Of a stretch of DNA of 64,000 nt, positions 29,249 to 39,930 are shown in pieces; position 1 is the stretch's first letter; the number at the start of each line of letters is the position of its first letter. This stretch comes from an uncultured Alphaproteobacteria bacterium (GTDB lineage: Bacteria > Pseudomonadota > Alphaproteobacteria > Rs-D84 > CACZYB01). Below the pieces are notes generated by a model, which was not told the origin of the DNA, made no database searches, and saw only the letters and a list, made by a program, of their open reading frames with translations. The position numbers were made by a program, and so were the translations under genes. Location: assembly GCA_934246625.1 (NCBI GenBank), contig CAKQHZ010000001.1, positions 370,964-434,963 of the forward strand, in the 5' to 3' direction.

Positions 29249-29257
29249 TATTTCGGA

Positions 29258-31861
<2,604 letters not shown>

Positions 31862-32011
31862 TTATAAAAAAAATAAAAGGAAAGCAAGGAAAATCCTTAT
31901 CTTTTTTCATATACTGATTTATAATTTTTACAAAAAATTTATGAAAATTTTGCAAGATTGACTTAAAACTCGTTTAAATCGATTTTAAGAGGATTTTTAC
32001 ATAAAAACTAT

Positions 32012-32046
32012 AGACAAAAAGACTCTCTTATATCAAAAAGAGAGTC
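32012..32046 (-). terminator. rho-independent terminator for the MazG-like gene
   Basis: Hairpin GACTCTCTT…AAGAGAGTC. On the minus strand it is followed by a T-run. Confidence 0.55.
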
Positions 32047-32067
32047 CTTAAAATCGAGAAAAAATAT

Positions 32068-32481
32068 TTATTCTTTACAGCCACAACCTGCTTGTTCACA
32101 CATATTGCCTTCTGCTGAATAATCTCCATCTTTTATTTTTTCTTCTATTCTATCCATTTTGGATTTAATCGCTGCTGAAACATCAATTCCCAAACATTTT
32201 GCAAGAAGGTGAGAATATATAATCACACTTGCAAATTTGTTATCAAGTCGGCTTGGCATATCTAAACGCTTACGACTTGCAAAACCAAATGAACGAGCCA
32301 CTTCACGAGAAAGTTTGCCGGTGGATTCTGCAACTTTCATCATTAAAAGAAAAGCCTGCATTTCCTTTGTTTGAGTTTTATATGTATCTGTCCATTTTTC
32401 GTAATACATATCAATAAATTTTTGTATATCTTTCATTTCCATTTTAATCTCCCTTATGTTGTTAATATATGCATAATGCAA
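32068..32481 (-). CDS. MazG-like nucleotide pyrophosphohydrolase (YpjD-like), unusual Cys-rich C-terminus
   Basis: KDIQKFIDMYYEKW…MKVAESTGKLSREVARSFG follows the YpjD/MazG pattern. The true start is probably an internal Met (MEMKDIQ…). The C-terminus ends CEQAGCGCKE. Confidence 0.5.
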   Translation of the reverse strand: MHYAYINNIREIKMEMKDIQKFIDMYYEKWTDTYKTQTKEMQAFLLMMKVAESTGKLSREVARSFGFASRKRLDMPSRLDNKFASVIIYSHLLAKCLGIDVSAAIKSKMDRIEEKIKDGDYSAEGNMCEQAGCGCKE

Positions 32482-32539
32482 ATAAATTATACCTTAAATA
32501 AGGGGACAAACCTATAAGTCTATATTCAAAGGAAAGATT

Positions 32540-33193
32540 TCAAACTTTTTTATCTTTGGCAACAGGGCGAACTTTACAAAACTCTTTTATATAACAAGTT
32601 TCACATTTTGGATTTATTGCCTTACACTCATAACGACCATATAAAACAAGGAAATTTGAAATGTATGGTTTATATTTTTGTGGAGTGGTCTTATCCAATG
32701 ATGCTTCGATTTTCTCAGGTGTGGTCGCAGAAGGTGGAACCAAATCCAACCTTTTTACTAAACGCATAACGTGGGTATCGACACCTATTGTTGGAGTGCC
32801 ATAAAGTTCATTTAAAATAACATTTGCAGATTTACGCCCTATTCCTGAAAGACTCATTAACTCGTCTCTTGTTTTTGGTAAAATACCATTAAATTTTTCA
32901 ATTAAGGTTTGGGACATTTCAATAATATGTTTCGCCTTTGAATTAAAAAGTCCAATAGTCCTTATATACTTTTTAAGTTCGGCTTCACCCAAATCAAGCA
33001 TAGCTTTTGGATTATCAACTATTTCAAACAAATTATGTGTAGCAATATTAACTGATTTATCGGTTGCCTGTGCAGAAAGAAGAACTGCCACCGCAAATTG
33101 ATATGGATTTTTATAATGAAGTTCGGATTTTTTTCTTCCTATTTTTTCATTAAAAATTTCAAGCAATTTTTCATATTTTGATTTTGTTATCAT
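32540..33193 (-). CDS. nth: endonuclease III
   Basis: HhH-GPD motif and a C-terminal 4Fe-4S cluster CKAINPKCETCYIKEFC. Confidence 0.9.
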   Translation of the reverse strand: MITKSKYEKLLEIFNEKIGRKKSELHYKNPYQFAVAVLLSAQATDKSVNIATHNLFEIVDNPKAMLDLGEAELKKYIRTIGLFNSKAKHIIEMSQTLIEKFNGILPKTRDELMSLSGIGRKSANVILNELYGTPTIGVDTHVMRLVKRLDLVPPSATTPEKIEASLDKTTPQKYKPYISNFLVLYGRYECKAINPKCETCYIKEFCKVRPVAKDKKV

Positions 33194-33225
33194 ATAAAAA
33201 CCCAGTTCTTTTGTTAAAAATTTGA

Positions 33226-34977
33226 TTAAATCAAGTTTTCAATTTGTTTATTGATTTGTTCAATTTCCTGATTGATTTCTTTGATTTTTTCTTGATACTT
33301 TGCAACATTGTCATCTGTGGCAAGCAAAGCCTGTTTTGTTAATTCACCCTTTTCAAATTGCAAATTTTCCTTATGCAAATTAAGGATTTTTTCACGAATA
33401 ATATTTTCAGCAGTATCAGGCTTTTTTATCAAAGCATCAATTTCAAATTTTAATAAAACAGATGGATTGAACCCCTTTGATTCCAAAAATTTCATCATTG
33501 TTTCACGAGTATGGGGATTGATACTTATTTCTGAAATAACACAATCAAAAATCTTTTTATAAACTGGATTATGAAGTGTTATTTTTTTGCCTTCCTCTAA
33601 AAATTTAAAAAATAGTGATGGATAAGTAATTGCAAAAGCAAGAATCATTTTTTCATTTGGGTTTTCTGGATTTGCCTTTGGCTTTACAACCTTTGGTGTT
33701 TTTGCAATTTTTGAAAATTCCTTTTTCATACGATTTGCAAAATCTTCCATATAAAATTTAAGGACACTTTCATTTTTAATTCTGGAAAGTTCCTGTTTGA
33801 TTTCAATTTCCAAACCTGCACGTTGTTCTGGTGTTTGTATTATTTTATCAGATGTAAAATAAAGCCACAAAATATCAGAAAGAGAAATACACTTTGTATC
33901 AAGCATTGTTTGAAATTTATCATGACCAAAGGCATGTAAAAATTCGTCTGGGTCCTTTGCACCCTCAATTAAACAAAATCGCAATGATTTCCCAGGCCTT
34001 AAAATCGGTAATACACGAAGTGCAGCACGAATACCTGCCTTTCGACCAGCGGTATCGCTGTCAAAACAAAGTATTGGTTCATTTGCAAGTTTCCATAATA
34101 ATTCTATTTGCATTTCGGTAATTGCAGTTCCAAGTGGTGCAACCGCCGTTTTAAAACCAAATTTGTGAAGTGAAATTGTATCCATATATCCTTCAGTTGC
34201 AATTACTTGATTTTTTTCAATAGCTTCTACCCTTGCCTGTGCAAGCCCATACAAATTTCGACCCTTTGAAAAAATTATTGATTCAGGAGAGTTCAAATAT
34301 TTCGGTTGAGAATCGTCCATAACACGACCTCCAAATGCAATTATTCGACCCTTTGCATCAGTAATAGGGAACAAAACTCTGTTTCGAAAATAATCGTATG
34401 GAGTTTTTGTTCGTTCACTTATTCTTGCAAGTCCAGAATTTAAAATTTGCTTTAATGGTATATGTTTATTTTCAAGATATTTTACAAGTTTATTTACACC
34501 TTGTGGAGCATAGCAAAGATGAAAATTTGCAATCATTTCATCGGAAAGCCCACGTTTTCGTAAGTATGCAAGACCTTCCTTACCTTCATCACTATAAAGA
34601 CATTCTTTGTAAAAATCAGCTGTTAGTTTTAAAATTTCATATAAATCATGAGATTGCTTATCTTTCGCCCTTTGTTCAGGAGTTGATTGCGGAATTTCAA
34701 TACCATGGTCGTGGCAAAGTTGCTCTATTGCCTCAATAAAAGAAAGATGTTGATATTGCATCATAAATGTAATTATATCGCCATGTGCCCCACAACCAAA
34801 ACAATGATAAAAACTTTTATCTTCAACAACGGAAAATGATGCTGTCTTTTCATTATGAAATGGACAACAACCCCAATACTCTTTACCCTTTCGTGTCAAA
34901 GGGATATATTTTGATATACAATCGACTATTGATATTCTATCACGAAGATTTTCTATAAAACGTTTATCTATATTCAT
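33226..34977 (-). CDS. dnaG: DNA primase
   Basis: Zinc-binding CPFHNEKTASF. The Toprim domain includes EGYMD. Confidence 0.92.
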   Translation of the reverse strand: MNIDKRFIENLRDRISIVDCISKYIPLTRKGKEYWGCCPFHNEKTASFSVVEDKSFYHCFGCGAHGDIITFMMQYQHLSFIEAIEQLCHDHGIEIPQSTPEQRAKDKQSHDLYEILKLTADFYKECLYSDEGKEGLAYLRKRGLSDEMIANFHLCYAPQGVNKLVKYLENKHIPLKQILNSGLARISERTKTPYDYFRNRVLFPITDAKGRIIAFGGRVMDDSQPKYLNSPESIIFSKGRNLYGLAQARVEAIEKNQVIATEGYMDTISLHKFGFKTAVAPLGTAITEMQIELLWKLANEPILCFDSDTAGRKAGIRAALRVLPILRPGKSLRFCLIEGAKDPDEFLHAFGHDKFQTMLDTKCISLSDILWLYFTSDKIIQTPEQRAGLEIEIKQELSRIKNESVLKFYMEDFANRMKKEFSKIAKTPKVVKPKANPENPNEKMILAFAITYPSLFFKFLEEGKKITLHNPVYKKIFDCVISEISINPHTRETMMKFLESKGFNPSVLLKFEIDALIKKPDTAENIIREKILNLHKENLQFEKGELTKQALLATDDNVAKYQEKIKEINQEIEQINKQIENLI

Positions 34978-35121
34978 CTTTACTTCCTTATAATAGAAAA
35001 TAAATTAACTTTATAAAAATTGCAATATTTTAATGCGTTTAAATTTTTATATAAAACTATTGCCTTTGCTTTTGAATTATCTATAATACTAAAGTAATTA
35101 CTAATATATAGAGGTTAAAAA

Positions 35122-37050
35122 ATGATTAAAATAACTTTCCCTGATGGAAATATAAAAGAATTTGATAATGGAGTATCTGGATTTGATATTGCAAACTCTA
35201 TTTCTCCATCACTTGCAAAATCTGCTTTGTTTATAAAATTAAATGATGAATACTATGATTTACATAGAGCCATTGAAAAAGATGGAACCATTAAAATTTT
35301 AACAATCAAAGATGATGAGGTTTTACCTCTTCTTCGTCATACTTGTGCTCATATTATGGCACAGGCTGTAAAACAAATTTATCAAAATGCAAAACTTGCT
35401 ATTGGTCCATCTATTGAAAACGGATTTTATTACGATATAGATATGGACGAAAAGTTGACCGAGGCTGACTTTGCAAAAATTGAAAAAAAGATGGTTGAAA
35501 TCATTAACCACAATTTAAAAATTGAAAGAAAAGATTTAACAACTGAAGATGCAAAAAAATTCTTCCTTAAAGAAAACGAATCTTATAAAGTAGAGCTTAT
35601 TTCCGATTTGGAAAAAGATGGTGTTAAAACTGTAAGTATTTATACTCAAGGTGATTTTGCAGATTTATGCCGTGGTCCACATCTTCCATCAACTTCAAAA
35701 ATGCCAGTTGATGCGTTTAAAATCACATCTGTTGCTGGTGCATATTGGAGAGGAGATTCAAAAAATAAAATGCTTCAACGACTTTATGCTACTGCTTGGA
35801 GAAATAAGGACGAATTAGATGCTTATATAAAGCAACAAGAAGAAGCAGAAAAACGCGACCACAGAAAAATCGGTGTTGCAATGGATTTATTCCATTTTGA
35901 ACCTGACTATGCTCCTGGTGCTGTATTTTGGCACCCAAATGGTTGGAAATTGTTCCAAAGCCTTATTTCTTATATGAGAAAGAAACAAGAAGAAAATGGT
36001 TATATTGAAGTTTCAACTCCTACTATTATGAACAGATGTTTATGGGAAACTTCAGGCCATTGGGATAAATATAAACACAATATGTATACTGCTCGTGTTC
36101 AAGATGAAGATACAGAATTTGCAGTAAAACCAATGAACTGTCCTGGTGGAGTTTTGATTTATAAACAAGGAATCAAAAGCTATCGCGACCTTCCTATTCG
36201 TATGGCTGAATTTGGTAAAGTAAATAGATATGAAGCAAGTGGTGCTTTGCATGGTATCCTTCGTGTTCGTGAATTTACTCAAGACGATGCACACATCTTC
36301 TGCACAACAGAACAAATGGAAGAAGAATGTGTAAAAGTTATCAAACTTATTATGGAAATATATAAGGACTTTGGTTTTGACTCTGTAAGAATTAAACTTT
36401 CTACACGTCCAGAAAAACGTATCGGTTCAGATGAAGTTTGGGATATGCTTGAAAAATCTTTGGCAAATGCCCTTGAACATCATGGATATGAATATACTAT
36501 TTTCCCAGGAGAAGGTGCATTCTATGGTCCAAAGTTAGAGTTTGTTCTTCGTGATGCTATTGGTCGTGATTGGCAATGTGGAACTTTGCAAGTTGATATG
36601 AATTTGCCTGAACGATTTGATATTTCTTATATTGGTCAAGATGGTGAAAAACATCGCCCTGTGATGTTGCATCGTGCTTTGTTTGGTTCACTTGAAAGAT
36701 TTACTGGTATTTTGATTGAAAACTTTGCTGGTCATCTACCTCTTTGGTTATCACCTGTTCAAGTTGCAGTTGCAACCGTAAATGAAGGTGTAAATGATTA
36801 TGCAGAAAAGGTAAATAACCTTTTGAAAGAAAATGGAATTTCAACAGTTCTTGATACAAGTAATGAAAAGATAAGTTATAAAATCCGTGCTCACTCAACT
36901 GCAAAAATGCCTATCATTGCAGTAATCGGTGATAAGGAAAAGGAATCAGAAACAATTACTATAAGACGTATTGGTAGTGATAAATCTGACACTTTTGGAT
37001 TAAATGAATTTATTTCTAAAATCAAAAATGAAATAAATGCAAAGAAATAA
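35122..37050 (+). CDS. thrS: threonine--tRNA ligase
   Basis: 642 aa with TGS, editing, class II core and anticodon-binding domains. Confidence 0.95.
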   Translation: MIKITFPDGNIKEFDNGVSGFDIANSISPSLAKSALFIKLNDEYYDLHRAIEKDGTIKILTIKDDEVLPLLRHTCAHIMAQAVKQIYQNAKLAIGPSIENGFYYDIDMDEKLTEADFAKIEKKMVEIINHNLKIERKDLTTEDAKKFFLKENESYKVELISDLEKDGVKTVSIYTQGDFADLCRGPHLPSTSKMPVDAFKITSVAGAYWRGDSKNKMLQRLYATAWRNKDELDAYIKQQEEAEKRDHRKIGVAMDLFHFEPDYAPGAVFWHPNGWKLFQSLISYMRKKQEENGYIEVSTPTIMNRCLWETSGHWDKYKHNMYTARVQDEDTEFAVKPMNCPGGVLIYKQGIKSYRDLPIRMAEFGKVNRYEASGALHGILRVREFTQDDAHIFCTTEQMEEECVKVIKLIMEIYKDFGFDSVRIKLSTRPEKRIGSDEVWDMLEKSLANALEHHGYEYTIFPGEGAFYGPKLEFVLRDAIGRDWQCGTLQVDMNLPERFDISYIGQDGEKHRPVMLHRALFGSLERFTGILIENFAGHLPLWLSPVQVAVATVNEGVNDYAEKVNNLLKENGISTVLDTSNEKISYKIRAHSTAKMPIIAVIGDKEKESETITIRRIGSDKSDTFGLNEFISKIKNEINAKK

Positions 37051-37125
37051 AAACTTGCTTTTTATACAAAATATGTAATAATGAACTTTGTTGAAAAACA
37101 AAATTAAAATGAAAGGACTATCAAA

Positions 37126-37620
37126 ATGAAAAAAGTATTAAATTATTTAGCTGTTGCAGGTCTTGCTCTTGCTGTATCTGCTTGCTCAAAAGAAGCTCCT
37201 GAAACATCAATGGAAGATAATGCAGAAGTTGCAATTTCTTCTGAAATTAAGGGTGTAATTGCTGGAACACAAGCTGATTTAGATGCACGTGCTGGTAATA
37301 CTGTTTACTTCGGTTATGATAAATATTCATTATCACCAGAAGCAACAAAAACTTTGAAAAAACAAGCTGCATGGTTAAAAATGTTCCCAAAAGTTAACGT
37401 TATTATCGAAGGAAACTGCGATGAACGTGGAACAAGAAAATATAACCAAGCTCTTGGTGAAAAACGTGCTAATGCTGCAAAACGTTATTTAATTGCTCAA
37501 GGTGTTTCTGCAAAACGTATTACAACAGTATCTTATGGTAAAGATAAACCAGTTGCTCTTGGTAATACAGAAGAAGCATACGCTAAAAACCGTCGTGATG
37601 TAACAGTTATTGCAAAATAA
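37126..37620 (+). CDS. pal: peptidoglycan-associated lipoprotein Pal
   Basis: Lipobox LAVSAC, then an OmpA-like domain (VYFGYDKYSLSPEA…NCDERGT…YN.ALGEKRA). Confidence 0.9.
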   Translation: MKKVLNYLAVAGLALAVSACSKEAPETSMEDNAEVAISSEIKGVIAGTQADLDARAGNTVYFGYDKYSLSPEATKTLKKQAAWLKMFPKVNVIIEGNCDERGTRKYNQALGEKRANAAKRYLIAQGVSAKRITTVSYGKDKPVALGNTEEAYAKNRRDVTVIAK

Positions 37621-37644
37621 TTAAATTACATTGTGAAAATTTAA

Positions 37645-37672
37645 AACCTCCTGATTTTATGGAGGTTTTTTT
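37645..37672 (+). terminator. rho-independent terminator after pal
   Basis: AACCTCCTGATTTTATGGAGGTT followed by TTTTT. Confidence 0.7.
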
Positions 37673-37746
37673 ATTATATTTTTTATTTACAATAATCTTT
37701 TCCTATGTTAAATTTTAAATACTTTAAACATTAAAAGGAAACAATT

Positions 37747-38319
37747 ATGGCATATGCAAATTTTAACGAAATAAAAACTGACCTTAATACAAAAATGACT
37801 AAGGCATTAGAAATTTTAAAAAAGGATTTATCTGGATTAAGAACTGGTCGTGCTTCTATTAACCTTTTGGATAATATTATGGTTATGGCTTATGGCACTC
37901 CTACACCTATAAACCAAGTTGCAAGTCTTTCTACACCTGATGCAAGAACTATTTCTGTTTCTGTGTGGGATAAATCTGTAGCAGGAGCAGTAGAAAAAGC
38001 TATTCGCGATTCTGATTTGGGTTTAAATCCTGCTTCTGATGGCACACTTATCAGAATTACTCTTCCTACACTTACAGAAGAAAGACGTAAAGAACTTGTA
38101 AAAGTGGCAAATAATTATTCTGAACAATCAAAAGTTTCTATCCGTAATATAAGACGTGAAGGTATGGACAGTGTTAAAACTTTGGAAAAAGATAAAGTTA
38201 TTTCAGAAGATGAAAGAAAATCAAACGAAGAAGAAATTCAAAAAATTACTGATAAATTCATCGCTGAAGTTGATGAACATTTAAAAACTAAACAAACAGA
38301 AATTATGAGCATTTCTTAA
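37747..38319 (+). CDS. frr: ribosome recycling factor
   Basis: 190 aa. RRF signature. Confidence 0.92.
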   Translation: MAYANFNEIKTDLNTKMTKALEILKKDLSGLRTGRASINLLDNIMVMAYGTPTPINQVASLSTPDARTISVSVWDKSVAGAVEKAIRDSDLGLNPASDGTLIRITLPTLTEERRKELVKVANNYSEQSKVSIRNIRREGMDSVKTLEKDKVISEDERKSNEEEIQKITDKFIAEVDEHLKTKQTEIMSIS

Positions 38320-38331
38320 TGAAAGATTAGT

Positions 38332-39042
38332 ATGGTAGAAGAACTTAAAATACCTCTACATATAGGGATTATTATGGACGGTAATGGTCGATGGGCAAAG
38401 GCAAAAGGTCTTCCTCGAACAACTGGTCATACAAATGGTGCAAAGGCATTACAAAGAATTATTGAAGCATGCAAAAAATATGGGGTAAAAATTCTTACTA
38501 CCTATGCTTTTTCAACTGAAAATTGGGAAAGACCAAAAGAAGAAGTTGACTTCCTTATGAATCTTTTTGCTAAATATCTTAAAAATCAAGGTCAAAAACT
38601 TATTGAAAATAAAATAAGGTTTCGTGTATTGGGCGATAAATCCCGATTTTCAAAAGATATTCAAGAATCTATGATAAAACTTGAAAATGAAACAAAGGAT
38701 TTTACCGATTTTTACCTTAATGTTGCAATGAATTATGGTGGTCGTGCCGAAATTGTAAAGGCAGTTAAGGAAATTGCAACTGATGTTAAGAATAACAAAG
38801 TAAATATTGATGACATAACTCCTGATATGGTAAGTAATCATCTTTATACTGTGGGACTTCCTGACCCTGATTTGATAATAAGAACCAGCGGTGAACAAAG
38901 ATTAAGTGGTTTCTTGTTATGGCAATGTTCTTATAGCGAATTTTATTTCCCAAAAGTGCATTTCCCAGATTTTGATGAGGAACAAATTAAACTTGCAATA
39001 CAGGAATATACAAAAAGGGACAGACGTTATGGAAAAGTTTAA
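38332..39042 (+). CDS. uppS: ditrans,polycis-undecaprenyl-diphosphate synthase
   Basis: HIGIIMDGNGRWA… matches the cis-prenyltransferase signature. Conserved frr-uppS-cdsA order. Confidence 0.92.
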   Translation: MVEELKIPLHIGIIMDGNGRWAKAKGLPRTTGHTNGAKALQRIIEACKKYGVKILTTYAFSTENWERPKEEVDFLMNLFAKYLKNQGQKLIENKIRFRVLGDKSRFSKDIQESMIKLENETKDFTDFYLNVAMNYGGRAEIVKAVKEIATDVKNNKVNIDDITPDMVSNHLYTVGLPDPDLIIRTSGEQRLSGFLLWQCSYSEFYFPKVHFPDFDEEQIKLAIQEYTKRDRRYGKV

Positions 39043-39895
39043 AAAATTTATTTCTCTATTTATTTCAACAAACAGAAGATTAAGAATCACTACTGCAATC
39101 ATAATGCTTGCTTTGGCATTTGGTGTTTTCAAAATTGGATTTTTTGGGGTTGTGCCTTTTGCTCTTGTGCTTGGTTCTCTTATGATTTACGAATATGATA
39201 TAAAACTTTTTAACACAAGTAAATTAAAGTTTGTATGGGATTTGATTTCTATCAATCTTGTGCTTTGTGCTTTTGTATTCAACAGAATTTGTTGCGATTT
39301 GCCAGTTTACTATATTTCAGCTTTGTTTGTAATACTTTTTTGCGTATCAAATCTTTTCAATATTGCAACGGATAGAAAACATTGGATACTTGAAAGTCTT
39401 CAACCTATATATATCGGATTTGGCATAATGTCTTTCCTTTATATTTACTTATATTCAAGTATTTTTTCACTTATTTATTTATTCGTGATTACAATATCTA
39501 CTGATAGTGGTGCATATTTCATTGGAAGTATGATTGGTGGACCAAAGTTTTGGCCAGCAATAAGCCCAAAAAAAACTTGGAGCGGTGCTATTGGTGGTGT
39601 GCTTTGTGCTTTTGCATTTGGAACAACTTATATCATAAGTTCACTTTGGCTTTCTGGATTTGATAATTTCAACAGTGTATCACTTTGGGCTTTGATAAGT
39701 ATAATTCTTTCTGTGATTTCAGAATTTGGTGATTTATTCGAATCATGGCTTAAACGTTTAAATAGTGTAAAAGATTCAAGTAATATTATACCAGGACATG
39801 GTGGTGTGCTTGACAGATTTGATAGCTTTTTATTCATTGTTCCAATTATGGCTTTGATTATTGCATTTACAAAAATTGGTTATTTTATGCTTTAA
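39029..39895 (+). CDS. cdsA: phosphatidate cytidylyltransferase
   Basis: ATG at 39029 (MEKFKKF…) overlaps the uppS stop by 14 nt. Multi-TM protein with a C-terminal CdsA-like region (GHGGVLDRFDS). Confidence 0.85.
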   Translation: MEKFKKFISLFISTNRRLRITTAIIMLALAFGVFKIGFFGVVPFALVLGSLMIYEYDIKLFNTSKLKFVWDLISINLVLCAFVFNRICCDLPVYYISALFVILFCVSNLFNIATDRKHWILESLQPIYIGFGIMSFLYIYLYSSIFSLIYLFVITISTDSGAYFIGSMIGGPKFWPAISPKKTWSGAIGGVLCAFAFGTTYIISSLWLSGFDNFNSVSLWALISIILSVISEFGDLFESWLKRLNSVKDSSNIIPGHGGVLDRFDSFLFIVPIMALIIAFTKIGYFML

Positions 39896-39930
39896 ATTGC
39901 TAAAAAGAACTGGGTTTTAAAGGATTTTTT

